Below are positions 12,807 through 43,860 of a stretch of DNA of 64,000 nucleotides, piece after piece. The stretch is from Eledone cirrhosa. Lineage: Eukaryota. Both the position numbers and the translations under genes were made by a program. The notes under the pieces are model-generated. The model was not told the origin of the DNA and did no database searches. It saw nothing but the letters and a program-made list of their open reading frames with translations. The stretch is from contig OZ024744.1 of assembly GCA_964016885.1 (NCBI GenBank), forward strand, positions 103,912,001-103,976,000, read 5' to 3'. Every line of letters begins with the position of its first letter. Within the stretch, counting starts at the first letter, position 1.

Positions 12807-14943
12807 AAAAAAACAAAAAAAAAAAAAAAAAACAACCTTCCATCATAATTTCATGCAAGAAATTTCAAATTATATCCTAAACAGCAGCTCAATGAAAAAG
12901 TTATTACTAAATCCCTCCAAATTCTTTATTTTACTATCATAGTAACTTTCATTATGACTATGGTAATGAAAGGGTTGAAAAGAAATGTTAATGATGAAAT
13001 CTGCAAGATCAGAAAGTTAGCTATAAAACTAAAATATTCATCCGATTTCAATTGAAACAGCTTGAATGAGTAAATGCATTAGTTTAAATTTCAAATGTTT
13101 CCATTCTAATTCATTTTAACAGATTTACAGCTTAGTTTCAGTTCTGATTCCATCACAGGTACTATAGGCAAGAACTGAGAGCTTGAAACCCATCTTAGAA
13201 CATTTAAATTGTAACTAAAAATTTACTACAGCAATTTTTCCATCTGCCCATTTACCTAGTAGCAGAAATAAGAGGAAATAATTAGCTATACCAGAGCACT
13301 ACAAATAATTGTAAACCACATGGAACATTAAGATCAGAGTTTAAGAAAATTTCTCTCCAAATGCAACAAACCTACAACAGGAAACTGCCTGAAAAGATTA
13401 ATAAGAATTCCTCAGATGTAAGAAAGGTTTGTGATTTTAATCCTTGTCAAATTGGTCAAGTAATTTGGTACAAATTAAGTTTAAATATTTACATAGTAAA
13501 AAAAAAAAAAAAAAAAAGTCTTAAGTAAAAAGATTTTAAAAACTTTGTAGATATTCCATGGGATATATATATACATATATAGGTAGCTTTTTAAGAATGT
13601 CAAGCTAGTAGTTTGTAAATAGATTCTACCTTGAGACTTTTACAAGGATAACTATGTACAATAATTATATTTGGTCACACGTAGTAGTACACAAGCTAAT
13701 ATAAAGCACACTTCAGATCAAAGGTATTTTTTCCAGAGTTACCATTCCAAATAGGTCAAGCAACCATGCAAAGGTTCTTTAGGTAGTGAGCACATTAAAG
13801 AATACTGCTAGTTCATTTACTGAAGAATTTTATTTCACATAAATAAATCAAGGAAAATCTAAAGTTGGCATTTTTACTATAACAAAGTAGTTTTAGTAAA
13901 TATTTTTCTAAATATCCAGACTTAATACAATTCTGTAAAATTATCAAAACCTTGATAGCAACGTGGTTGTTTGACATGAATTATTCTAAGAGAAAAAAAA
14001 ACCATAATCTTGAAACATTCAGAAAATTATGAACACCAAACTAGACCGATTTTATTATTTATTTACTGCCAAGTCCACTGAATATTAGCAGTTTCAATGG
14101 ACCATCTTTTTGTTAGAGGGAGAAAAAAAAAAAAGCTATATATCAGCTACAAGTTGTATGTCAAAGACCATAGTTAATCTATTTCACCATGATAATTCAA
14201 ATGAAATCTATTTGTGTGAGGAAAAAAAATAATATAAACAAACATGGTATTTTTGAAATATTTTCATTAATGAAATCCAATGATTTAGACAAATCTATTT
14301 CAACTGATAAGTGAAGTGATATAACCTACAACAGTGCCAATGTTAAATGTGGTGAAAGAGTAACCAGTAATAAAATATATCACAACTTGAATATTTGAAA
14401 TTAACAGGATAAATCGTTATTTTAAATGTTGGCAAAGAAAGTTTTGGAATGATTTTAGTACTAATATTGACCAATATGGTTGTATTATGAAATAAATTTC
14501 ATAGAGACCAAGATAAATTCAAAGAAAATTAAACTACTAGTAAGTATCGCATTTATTAACTCTAAAGAAAACTTCATTATAATTAACCAGTGCATGGATG
14601 TAAAAGCAGTTTTGGTAAATTTCTTTATGGCCAACTATGCAGCAATTTCTTTGGAACAAATATCATTTTCAAGTAAATTACATTCTAATGAGTAATATAA
14701 AATATGGCAAGAAATTAACAAGTGTGATTAAAAGCTGAAACAGTTATATTATAAACTTCTTCCAGTCAAAGATTTAATTTTCAATCTTGATGTTTTCAAA
14801 ATTGAGAAATTTATTTTTCTTTAAATACATATGTACTTTTTGGTTTTCGTTTTTCAGCTAATTACTGAAATACAAATCATTAGGGCAAAAATAGAAATAA
14901 ATAAAGTGAAATAAAGAAGAAATTTCTAAAATTTATAAGTGTC

Positions 14944-14951
14944 GAGAGAGA

Positions 14952-14995
<44 letters not shown>

Positions 14996-15025
14996 GATAG
15001 AGAGAGCAAAAGGTAGAGAGAGAAA
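14944..15025. repeat. (GA)n microsatellite
   Basis: Direct inspection. Confidence 0.95.
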
Positions 15026-15296
15026 AAGAGAAACTGTTAGCCACTGGTATTACATTTCTGGTCCCAATCACAAGATTTGCTATTATACTTTTTGGCAATA
15101 GAAAAACAAATAGCAAGTAATATTTAAATTATTTATTTTTCCAAACTTAGAATCACTATTAATCCTTTCAAACAGAATAAAATATAAATATATTTTCAAT
15201 TTTCTTAATTCCTTATTGCATACTCAGAATTAGAAACTCTTCAATAATTTCAATTACTTTCTAATGGAAACAATTTGAGGTCTGAAGCAAGTTTAT

Positions 15297-15313
15297 TATA
15301 TATGTGGAACTAT

Positions 15314-15347
<34 letters not shown>

Positions 15348-15430
15348 CATATACATTATATATATATATATATATATATATTACATATACATTATATATA
15401 TATATATACATTATATATATATATATATAC

Positions 15431-15472
<42 letters not shown>

Positions 15473-15500
15473 TTATATATATATATTATATATATATATA

Positions 15501-15534
<34 letters not shown>

Positions 15535-16021
15535 TTATATATATATATATATATATATCCATTATATATATACACATATATACACATTATATAGATACAC
15601 ACATATATATATGCACATTATATATATATATATATATACACACATTATATATATACATATATATACACACACACATATATATATATACATACACATATAT
15701 ATATATATTCACATATATATGTATATATATACATTACATACACATTATATATACATATATACATATATATATATATATACACATACATTATATATATACA
15801 TACATTATATATACATACATTATATATATATATATATGTGTGTGTGTATTATATATATATATATATATATACACATGTGTGTATTATATATATATGTTCT
15901 TTAGTTGCATTCAGTTAAACATTACATAAGCCACAACAGTTTACCTGAAGCAACTAATAAGTCAGAGAAAGATAGGCAAGAGAATGAAAAAATTCCTTCA
16001 TAAAAAACATATGCATGTATG

Positions 16022-16053
<32 letters not shown>

Positions 16054-16089
16054 CACACACGCATATATATGCATAAGCACATGTGTATA

Positions 16090-16120
<31 letters not shown>

Positions 16121-16135
16121 GCTATATATATATTA
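15297..16135. repeat. Compound (TA)n/(CA)n microsatellite tracts
   Basis: Direct inspection; these tracts explain the spurious YI-repeat ORFs. Confidence 0.95.
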
Positions 16136-16743
16136 AGAGAAGGGGAACAATAATTAATATGTAGAACTATTTAATTTGTGTTAACTTAACATATGTCAAA
16201 CACAACAAGACAAATATCTATACAATTTCTTCAAGTTTAAAAAATGGTCATCTACTCAAAATTTGCACATGTAATTTTATTTTTCATAGATATTGTGAAA
16301 GTTTGTGGGTAGCAATAAACAGAATAAAACCATCTGAATGAATGCAGAAAGCAAGATGAAATGTTCATTTCAAGAATGGATACTTCTTTAACAACTTGAT
16401 GAAATAGCAAAAGCTGGCAAAAATTAAACTGAACAGGCACTTCCAACAGACATTCCAAGTTTGGATGAAAAGTCAATTTCTCCTTAACCATTGTGGCGTA
16501 ATATGATAAATCAGGAAAAAAAAAAAAAAAAAAGAAGAAAAAAGAAAAAAAGGGAACAAAAGATTGTTAGGAAAGGTCCCTCTCGACAAAGTTATTAGAT
16601 TGCATTTATATCTTCATGTCTCCCCAACTATGTATAAATTTACAATGATTGTTTGGGTTGTCCGTAGCTTGTTCAATCGTTTTGAAGCCTCAATTCGCCT
16701 TGCCTTCATGTTTTCATTTTTTTTCCGCAAGTTTTCCTTTTTC

Positions 16744-33739
<16,996 letters not shown>

Positions 33740-34136
33740 TTTTCGTGAAAGCAATCAATGTAACAAATATTTTGTGTGGTGATTATAGACCGATGTAAAG
33801 AATAGACAGCTCTGAGAAGTAGTAGTGATTCAACTGCTGATACGCTATTATTGCTGCATATACTACAGCTACTATTGATAATGGACACTACTATCACTGA
33901 GTATGTACGCGTATATATATATATATATAGTGTATATAAAAGTGTATATATATATATATATAGATATATATATATATATATATACACGCACGCACACACA
34001 CACTACTACTTTCCGAATGTATGTGATAAAACTATCACCTAGGGAAATGTTCCTCCAGTGCTAATCTAGCTTGTTTTATATGCTATATTATAGCACACAC
34101 AGTTCTTCACGTTCAGGTTAGTTGGCTTAAAAAACA

Positions 34137-34197
34137 AAGATGGCTTCCTGTTCCACAATGAAATAATATAAGCTATGACGTCACTGCTCGACGTGGC
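34137..34197. promoter_or_regulatory. Putative Rab1 promoter motif cluster: YY1-like AAGATGGC (34137-34144), perfect CRE TGACGTCA (34176-34183), ACGTGGC (34191-34197)
   Basis: Motifs lie ~400-460 bp upstream of the Rab1 ATG in a relatively CpG-enriched unique stretch; function is inferred only. Confidence 0.45.
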
Positions 34198-35105
34198 ATC
34201 ACGAGACATTTAACATAAAACTGTACGGTGGTAAGAGTAAGAGGAAATAAAGAGAGGTAGTAGCTTGACTAACGACAGGAACAGTAGTAGTAAACATAAG
34301 AAAGAGTACATTTCAGTTGATGTAAAAATAATCACATACACACACAACTGAAACGAAACGAAGCGAAACCAAACGAAACGAAATCAATATGTTAGCACAG
34401 GTGTTCATTCAAGTTTGTCAGTGTGATGCCTAAGAAGAAAGCGGAAAATATTTCTAAATCTTCAAGAACCGATTATTTGGTATTGAAGAAATTACACTTT
34501 ATGAATGTTTTAACACTCTAATAACTTTTGAAAGAAGTTTTATTGGTCAATCACTACATTTAATTCTAAGAATTTACTGAGTCTCTTGTTTTTTTTTTAA
34601 ACCCATTATCCAACTATGCCTGACTACATTACAAAAAAAGAAGGTGTGGAAGCTAATTCAACAGAGGTTTCCGCTAGAAATGTGGAGTAAATCCAGAAAC
34701 TTTGTCAATAAGAATTAAACTTTCCAGAAATTAAATATAATTATGTAAAGATAAAAGTATTACCTTTGCGCCCCGCCTCTCTTTTTTTATCTTACAAAAT
34801 ATTTAAGTAATTTATTTCCTAAGTATTAAAAAAATGATTCCCTTAAAAATTACATTACATCTGTTCAACCAAACGGTATTTATATTTGATTGTATGTTTG
34901 GTTTCTGATCATCACCAACGAATCCAATCACATTAATCGCGGATATTTAAAAGGCTTCACTGTAAACCAAAATCCAGTTTTAATTAGAATTTACATAGAC
35001 AACCTTTTTTCCCCTGCAGATGTTTTTGACGTATTGAATTGAGGATATCATAGACCATACATCTTTGATGTTCATCAAAATTTTCTCGACCGATTCGCCG
35101 TATGC

Positions 35106-35149
<44 letters not shown>

Positions 35150-35259
35150 CCGCTTGGCGCCGCGGTTGGGATTTTATATATCTCTATACCCACTCTACAT
35201 CTTCCCATGCATTGAGTATTCCCATGATTAGTGGTCTCCCCCGGTCTCAGTACCGCAGA

Positions 35260-35405
35260 CTCTCTCTCTCTCTCTCTCTCCCTATACATACATACATACA
35301 TACATACATACATACATACATACATACATACATACATACATACATACATACACACATACATACATACACACACACACACATACATACATACATACATACA
35401 TACAT

Positions 35406-35440
<35 letters not shown>

Positions 35441-35620
35441 TACATACATACATACATACATACACACACACACATACATACATACATACATACATACATA
35501 CATACATACACTCACACACACACATACATACATACATACATACATACATACATACATACATACATACATACATACATTCACACACACACACACATACACA
35601 CACACACACACATACATACA
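35260..35620. repeat. (CT)n + (CATA)n/(CA)n microsatellite
   Basis: Direct inspection. Confidence 0.95.
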
Positions 35621-37099
35621 AACAAAGGTGTTTTATTATCATCAACGCCTCTTTTCTTTAATTTTATATCATTACACACATTTTCATTTCGTAAAAAAAA
35701 AAAGAAAACAATTGAACCCAAAGTTTCAGATTTCATCCTGTTATTAAATCGTTTCAGTGATGTTATATTGAGTGACTCTTCTAATTCCTCAGATCATGGC
35801 TCATCTAAAGAAGCCTGTCAGATTAACCTTCCACCTGTAGCATTTACTAACAGAGAAACAACTCGGCCCCCTTCTCCTTATCTGTTGACTATTCCAGTTT
35901 TATTGTTTACATTCCATTATATAACACCATCCCTCTTTACATATACAGCATGCAACCCATCCTACCATCATGTCAATGGCATAAGTTTGATTAAGTCACA
36001 GAACTCAACGGTAGCATTTTTTTATGTGGTCCACGGATCTGCTAGAAATAGCAACACGATCTTCCTCAAATAATACCCTGTCTTAGAAAAATGTGACGAC
36101 ACCTAGATAATGTAGCCCCGAGATACTTTTTAACAAAAACGACGGGATAGTTTGATAGTCACAACTGTAATTGTTTTGATCACCTGTTGCTTAATTTGTT
36201 AGTCGAATTCGTTGCTTACTATTTCTACTCTTGTCTACTCTAATGAGAACTTTATAAGAAACACAATCCTTATTTACTGGTGGTTCCAGTTTTCTAAACA
36301 ACACGGTGGCTTGCTCAAATTACTTCTTTCTGTACTTCTACGATTCTTCTCATCATTTTCTTTATCCTTCTTGAGAAAGGCATGAATGTCACAGGAAGGG
36401 GAGAACTTCTGCTTATATAAGAAATATTTCTTCAAGGGTTTCAAACACTCCTTAATTAATAAGCATTCTTTCATCTCTACTTGAACCTCACATAAGAAAC
36501 ATCCTTTCCAAGGACAAATAACAATGGATTAAATAGATATTTCAATACGTCTCAATCCGTTAGAAATAGCTGATAAATCTTGCTCAAATTACACCTTGTC
36601 ATCTGATAAAGGAAGGACAGACAACATTACACTAGAAAGCCGGGTGGTCACGGCTGGAATGCCGGTGTGGTTTACACAGGCAGGGTTAAGCTTGATCTAA
36701 GCAACATCTATAAACACGTATATTATCTAGCCGAGTAACATGTCGTTACTAATTACGTACAGTTAAATAATAGTTATTGGCAATTGATATGAGTCGTATG
36801 TATATATTTATTTATTATTTTTTTTTTTTTTCAGTTTATACGACGACAATCAATTTGTTTCTTTGATTTCTATGACTAGTTCAGTCCTGTCAACTTAAAA
36901 CTCATTTATCATTATTTGTACTGAATAGTTCCACGTATACATGCTACATATCAGAGCAGACGTGGTGTATTGTATGTATTGAGTGTTTAATGGATATCGC
37001 TTGTTCGTGATTATATTCGTTTGTGTAATAGTCCCAGCATTTATTTAGATATATTTCTTAGTATAACGAAGAGAACCACTGCTTATATTTGTTGCAGGC

Positions 37100-38230
37100 C
37101 CTTCTTAATTGATAAAGATAGCTTAATGTGATCAATATGGTTGCAGTCCAATTTGGTAGAACATAGGAAGAGGCAGAGATGTTTTGAAGAGAAGTAGTTC
37201 TAAAAATGAAAGGCCATCACTGGTCAGTGGTTGTGGTGTGCTTAGGCAAATAAGTTTATTTGGATATGATCCAGAATGGGCGTGTATTTTAGTAAAAGTA
37301 ATTATTTCAGATATATGAGTTTTGTAGCTCCAGGGCGAGCAGTCCTAAGTAACGTAGGTAATTACTTGAATGGGGGGCGCTGAACTCTAGTTATGTATCA
37401 TTCTAGTTAAGAACTATAGGGCACAGTGATGAATTAGATGGGGGTACCTGAGATTTGTGGGCGTTTTGTTTTCGCTACTATGTATGTTTTATGTAACTCC
37501 TCACGTGCTTGTTTTTTCTGTCTGTAGCAGTATGTATATGTTGTTGATTACAGTGGTTGGTGTTCTCCGGTGTTGCTGATAAGAAAAGGGTCAATGGTAG
37601 GTGCTGCTCTAAATTTGTCGTGGATCCATGTTTCTAGCTGGTTTACGTAGAGTTAGGGTAGCTGTGGGGGGATGTGTATGATGTCGGTATGTTTTGTTGG
37701 TGGTGTGAGAACATCATGTAATTATAAGTTGAAAAGAGTGGGTGAAAGAATGACTCCCTGAAACACTCCACTTTCAGTGGTGTTCTTGTACACTACATAG
37801 GTTTGGCGACCGAGCCAACATTTTGCGTTGTTTCTTAAGGTGGTGTTAAGTATTGTTGTTTTGTTTGTTTGAGTGTATAGCAAGGATTTGAGTCAAAAGC
37901 TTTGCTATCACTAATATTTAGAATAGTAAATGTGGGAGTTTTTCTGTTGTTATTGAAGCTACTGTTTGCTGTGTTAGTTTCCTTGGTTAGTGTGGTAATT
38001 GAATGTAGTAACGAGAACAGATGCATAAGTTAGCGATACTAAGAATTAGCCTTTGCAGGATTTCTGAAAATATAGACAAGAAGTTGTGGCTGTATTATAT
38101 AGAGTGCAGCAAAAATACCGCCCATATTTTAAGGGTTGACCGTGTAAAACATGGGAGGTTTTTCTGTTGCACATTGCATTATTTCACTTGGGTTTTTGTT
38201 TAGAGCTTTAGAATCGATATAAATTTGTCC
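37100..38230 (-). mobile_element. Heavily degraded non-LTR retrotransposon RT (Jockey/I-like)
   Basis: Minus-strand remnants DSKAFD (~37890-37910) and GVFQGVILSPTLFNL (~37725-37770) occur in the correct RT order. Confidence 0.6.
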
Positions 38231-38491
38231 AGATTCAGGTGGTTTGACTTTTGATATGAGTAGTTGTAGTTTATTAAGGGTCTAGCTGTTTCAGGTGTAT
38301 ATATATAATAGCCTGGTGTAACTTTCCTAACTTGTATAATACCAGTAATGAATGATATGAGTAGTTATAGATGTTGGTAAGTGCTGTGGTTTATTAAGGG
38401 CCTAACTGTTTCAGGTGTATATATATATACTAGCTTGATATAGCTTTCTATCATACCTTATATAATACCAGTAAGAAAATAAAATTCCTTG

Positions 38492-38530
<39 letters not shown>

Positions 38531-38554
38531 CATGCATTGGACACCACACACACT

Positions 38555-38935
38555 TCTCTTCGAAGCTTGACCAAAGGGACGGACAAAAAAGACCTGACAG
38601 CATCATGGTCTTCCTGTTCCAAAATGGTAGGCCTCTCATCTTGAACGCAACATACAGAGATACCTTCTCCATCAACAACTTGGTGCATTTAACAATTAAC
38701 CCAGGCTTTGTATCTCATCAAGCTGAAGATGGCAATCTGTCAAAGTATTGGCGACTCTCCAATTGATTTGCTGTTGAACTTGTAGTGGTGGAGACTTCCA
38801 GCATTCTTGACCCCTGCACCACATATCTATGTACTACAATTGACTACCCACATGAACGAGCTCCACCAGTTGGAATGGTTAATCCAACGCATCTCCTTCA
38901 CGATCCTCCAGGGCAATGTCTTCTCCATTTAATCC
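38555..38935 (+). mobile_element. CRE-clade non-LTR retrotransposon restriction-like endonuclease (RLE) fragment, degraded
   Basis: Manual translation DGQKRPDSIMVFLFQNGRPLI..ATYRDTFS...VVVETSSIL...WLIQRISFTILQGNVFSI matches the CRE RPDG..P..G..L.WD.T.DT / AVET / WL.QRIS..I.RGN pattern. Confidence 0.7.
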
Positions 38936-39432
38936 ACTGAACATGAGCAGCCGACACCTGAACTCCCACACACAAAGAATGCAACCCCACATCTTCCAGA
39001 CATATCATTGGGGTAGTGATGTTTGTGCACAAGTCATGTTATTACAACAGCCATTTACCCCTACTTACATACATGTTGCTGAAAAGTCTTTACAAACACA
39101 CAAAAGGTTTATCAACATTAAATATATGAGGATGATATTTTTTTCAACTAGATGCAACTTCAGATATTTTCACTGTCAGCAGAAAGCGTATGCTGTTTTC
39201 GTGTATTAATGTTTGTTAATCTGAAAAGGGACATTACTGAACCTACACTCTCTAGTTAAGAAAATAGATACACATGCCTTAGTCTAAATCTAAATTTTGT
39301 AAATGATATTTCCAGTGGTATTGAGTCCTGCATCAAGACTTACATAAATTCCTTTAAATTCTATTTTCATATTTTATTCATTGAAGTATATCTCTGTGGC
39401 TGATCATCTTAACTAATTCGGGTTTACTTTAA

Positions 39433-39633
39433 CTCTTTAATGTTCAAACCGGCCAGAATTCTCTACCTTTTTCTGTTGAAACTGGCTGTAACTGGCCACT
39501 CAAACTGATGTTAAGGTATTGTTCTCAAAATAAATACTTTCAAAATCTCATAGATTCGATATTATGTGAGATAATTATGTGAGGTAAAGCCTTTACCATG
39601 AACATATAATAGTATATTATGAATGCTAAAGGG
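39433..39633 (+). mobile_element. piggyBac-like MITE, same family as 8042-8260
   Basis: TTAA at 39429-39432 and 39634-39637; AATGCTAAAGGG end; family interior. Confidence 0.85.
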
Positions 39634-39727
39634 TTAATTAAGCCTACTGACTCTGTACAGAGGATGTTAGCTGCTGGTCATAAACTTGTAAACACAGGAG
39701 ATACCAAAGATGATACATTTAACAAAA

Positions 39728-40652
39728 ATATTACATAAAATACTAAACATCAACCAATGTTACATAAGATACTAACCATCAACCAATGTTACATAAGATA
39801 CTAACCATCAACCAATATTATATAATATATGTTACATATGATACTAACAATCAACCAATGTATGTTACATAATATACTAACCATCAAACAATGTATGTTA
39901 CATATGATACTAACCATCAACCAATGTTACATAAGATACTAACCATCAACCAATGTTACATAAGATACTAACCATCAACCAGTGTTACATATGATACTAA
40001 CCATCAACCAATGTATGTTACATAAGATATTAACCATCAACTAATGTTACATAACATACTAACCATCCACCATTGTTATGTAAGATACTAATCATCCACC
40101 AATATTACATAAGATATTAACCATCAACCAATGTTACATATGATACTAACCATCAACCAATGTTACATATGATACTAACCATCAACCAATGTTACATGAG
40201 ATACTAACCATCCACCAATGTTACATACGCTACTAACCAACAACCAATGCATGTTACATAAGATACTAACCATCAAACAATGTTACATAAGATACTAACC
40301 ATCAACCAGTGTTACATACGATACGAACCATCAAGTAATGTTACATACGATACTAACCATCAACCAATGTTACATAAGATACTAACCATCAACCAATGTT
40401 ACATATGATACTAACCATCCACCAATGTTACATAAGATACTAACCATCAACCACTATTACATAAGATACTAACCATCAACCAGTGTTACATAAGATACTA
40501 ACCATCCACCGATGTTACATAATATACTAACCATCAATCAGTGTTACATAAGATACTAACCATCCACCAATGTTACACGATGCTAACTGTCCAATAATGT
40601 TACAAAAGATACTAACCATCCACCAATGTTACATAAGATACTAACCATCAAT
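39728..40652. repeat. Minisatellite, 29-bp unit ACCATCAACCAATGTTACATAAGATACTA, ~31 copies
   Basis: Period 29 (e.g. TAACCATC at 39911 and 39940). Confidence 0.95.
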
Positions 40653-40804
40653 GGAGTCAAATTCTTTGGTCAGGTGATGTAATGTGTCATCCATAATCTG
40701 TGAGCTATGATTTCATTTAACCATTTCATGCAGAATAAATAACTCTGTTATTCTGAGTTTGAATCCTGCCATGGTCCACTTTGCCTTTCATCTTTTTGAG
40801 ATCT

Positions 40805-41390
40805 TCTTCTGTTTCTTTATGGGGGCAGAATCCTCAAACACTCCTTCCAGCAGGTTCTGTTAGAAGCAACCATCTCCAGTTTATCTGGCTGGATCCCCAA
40901 ACATGACCAGCCAAGCTCATGGATGTTATCCAACGATCTTGCTTAGGGTTTACCCCTGGGTCTTCTGCCAGTTGGTTTTACCCATAAAATCTGTCCATCA
41001 ATTCTTTCCTGAGACATTCTAACCACATGTCCATAGTATCAGAGCTGTGATATCTCAATTCAGAGAAATAGCAGCTCTACTTGGAGTGACTCTGATCTCC
41101 GAGCTATGCACTCTACCAAGTAAAGTTACTCCAAGACCCTTCGGGCGAACCCTATTTCGGCCAATTGTATTTGCGATTGTATTCTTTAAACCATTACCCA
41201 AGATTCATGACCATAGGTAAGGGTTGGCACAATACCAAATTGAAGATAGCAAGTTTGGCTTTTTACACCTACCTCCCTTCTTCTGATTACTGAATGCTGC
41301 AGCTTGTACATTACTGCACCAGCTTCAGCAATTCTTACACTTAATTAAGCCTCCTGCCTTCCATCACTTGTGAACACAGCCCCATACCAG
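40805..41390 (-). mobile_element. RTE (Expander/Rex3-like) LINE 3' fragment
   Basis: Minus-strand translation VPTLTYGHESWVM..QIQLAEIGFARRVLGVTL..SSEIR..QL.YYGHVVRM. Confidence 0.75.
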
Positions 41391-41789
41391 CCCATTGCTA
41401 ATTCAACTGTCTCACATCCTGCTTGTTCTGTTGGATCAAGGGAAGCAGAACTTAGAGGGTATCTATGGATGCTCATGACTACATGGGCACTTCAATCTCT
41501 AGTGAAAGTATGGTAAATAACTATGTAAAATAACTGGTTAAAAATTATCTCCAGACTAGTATTTTGTAGCTGCTATTGCTTGATGGTAAAATCTACTTCC
41601 TCAAAACTCAATTTATCTCTCAGACTTTCATTTTCGTTTCTTGTTCAAGGATGTTAAAGTCAGTACAGTAACTCTTTCTTCCTGATGTCATTTAAATACC
41701 AAATATTTGCATTTAATTACATAAAAAATAACGTCCTTCTAAAATAATGTATTTACTAACTTCTATTGAGATTTTTTTTCAGTAAATGC

Positions 41790-42205
41790 AGAAGATATGC
41801 AAAGTCCAGAGAGAAATGACACAGGTATAAAAAGAATTAAATGTAGTGTGCAGAAGAGAAAATTGCACTGGCATGAACATGGTGATGATGATGATCATCA
41901 TCATCAGCACTGTTTAACGTCCATTTTTCCATGCTTGCATGGGTCAGACAGGTCGTCTGCATCGAGAGATAAGTCTGGCCAAGATTGGCTATGCTGTACC
42001 TTGCTCTGACAGGACTAAATTTGGCCAGAGTTTTTTACAGTTGGATGCTCTTCCTAACACCAACCACATTTAGTGTGATGTGTATGAAAAATGAATGCTG
42101 GATGAAGAAATGCCAGGAGTTCTCAGTAGAAGGAGAGGCAGGTTGTGCTGGAGGATGCCTGTCCAATTAATGCAAGCATGGAAAAACAAGACATAAAATG
42201 AAGAT
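41790..42205. mobile_element. Scrambled RTE 3' fragments, including a minus-strand tail (CAT)n at ~41895
   Basis: GIKRIKCSVQKRKLHW and the tail motif TTTAACGTCCATTTTTCCATGCTTGCATGGG match other RTE copies in the window. Confidence 0.6.
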
Positions 42206-42723
42206 GATTTATTACATCTTGGAACAATGATTTTCTTATGTTCCCCAATTTTATATTACCATTCCAGTTTTGTAATTTGAATGACATGTATCTAGTATTG
42301 AGCAATTTAGACAATTTCTACTGAAGACAGTAATCACAAGAATTTGTTGAGTAATACTTATTTGTAATGGCTGTTTCTGCTGTCAGAACACAGTTTGACA
42401 TTAATGTCTTGGAGATGAAAAACAACAATAAAGAATTGATATATTTTAATAAACAGAGTATATGTGTGAGTGTGTGTGTAGATATATACTCACACACACA
42501 CACACATATATATTGATTATATATATATATATATATTGAAGTAAATGAGGTATTGTATAAGGTAATCCAAGCAGAGGTTATGAGTAATCTGTACAGTGGA
42601 TGATTTTAACCTGTGGCGTTGTTTGACTCAACAAGATGTTTACTTAGTTGTGGTGTTCGGGTAGCCGATTTCAGACAGTTCCTAGGTAAGCAGTTCCTGG
42701 AGTATTAATAATAAAGGAGTGAA

Positions 42724-43035
42724 GAATAACACGGATAAGCTATACAGTAGGGCTTATTCCAAGTACTAACAAATGTTTCATTGGTCCGGTGTATCTAAAA
42801 ATCGCTATCTGTAGTGCTGTTGTGACATTTGATTTTAAATAGTTTCCACATACAGCACATAATGCGCTATATCGCCAGTTCCAAAACAGTATTTTGATAA
42901 TTTGGCTGGTGAAAAGAGAATTAAAATCGATTGTCAAAGCAGCACTGCAGATAGCGATTTTTAGACACCTCCAGCCAATGAAAAATGTTAATACTTGGAA
43001 TAAACCCTAATGTATAGCTGATCCATGTTATTCTA
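42724..43035. mobile_element. Foldback/MITE with ~115-bp imperfect inverted arms (TA-CAGTAGGG... Tc1/pogo-like motif inside)
   Basis: Left arm AGAATAACACGGATAAGCTATACAGTAGGGCTTATTCCAAGTA...ATCGCTATCTG pairs with right arm CAGATAGCGAT...TACTTGGAATAAACCCTAATGTATAGCTGATCCATGTTATTCT. Confidence 0.8.
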
Positions 43036-43402
43036 ACCACAGTAAGTAAGGTACTCAATACATTAGTAGAGTGTATACAACAAATTTAATATAGAAATAG
43101 CTTCATTCGAATGAAACCGTTCTAGTCCTGTAGAAGCCATTTCTATATTAAATTTGTTATATATATATATGTGTGTGTGTAGGACACTTCAGTCATATCA
43201 AAGGCTTGACAACCTTCCACGATAAATTACATCCAGCACACGCTGAAGAGTACAGAAACATATGTAGCCCTTTGGCACATCTGAGTGGTCAGTAGCACTA
43301 ATTTTGTACTGATTTATCTACATTACTGGTCACTTTCCCTTTAGTTAGCACTTTATTCCAACTGTCAGTTGTCTCAGAAAAAGTTCTAGTTGCCCTCTAT
43401 AT

Positions 43403-43538
43403 CAGGCATGTCAAACATGTGGCCTTCGAGGAGCCACCAGTTTGACATGCCTACTAGTTGTCATGTGTGGTCCTCAGACAACATATATGTGGCTCTCGGA
43501 GGGGGGGGGGGACACACACCTTCAGTTTGACATGCCTG
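43403..43538. mobile_element. hAT (Charlie-like) MITE
   Basis: TIRs CAGGCATGTCAAAC / GTTTGACATGCCTG; an extra internal TIR copy at 43440-43452. Confidence 0.7.
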
Positions 43539-43683
43539 ATGTAAACCATCTGTGAGCCTATGGGGAAAAGGTGTACAGAAACGTCTGCGAGAATCGTACC
43601 ACGCAGCAGTCGCACACCGGACGACTACAATAACCGTTATTCCAAAGCTACCTAGCTCCCTTTCACTGTCTTATTACTACTAT

Positions 43684-43860
43684 GGCGGTGGATTGGCAGT
43701 ATCGGTAGAGGGTCGGACGCATAGAGTGCGGCCCTTGCCATTCTGCGTTCAAATCCCGCCGAAGTTAACTTTGCCTTTCATCCTTACGGGGTCGATAAAA
43801 TAAAGTACCAGTAATGAACTGAGATAATTGCTGGCCTTGTGCCCAAAGTAGAAACAATTA
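43684..43860 (+). mobile_element. SINE family A, near full length, tRNA-like head
   Basis: A-box-like TGGCAGTATCGG, B-box-like GTTCAAATCC, conserved core GCCTTTCATCCTTACGGGGTCGATAAAATAAAGTACCAG; flanking TTATTACTA duplication. Confidence 0.85.

Noticed and set aside
43249-43275. Hammerhead-like core CTGAAGA-GTACA-GAAA-CATATG-TA
   Set aside because: Stem II is essentially missing and no stem I partner could be paired; at best a dead remnant.
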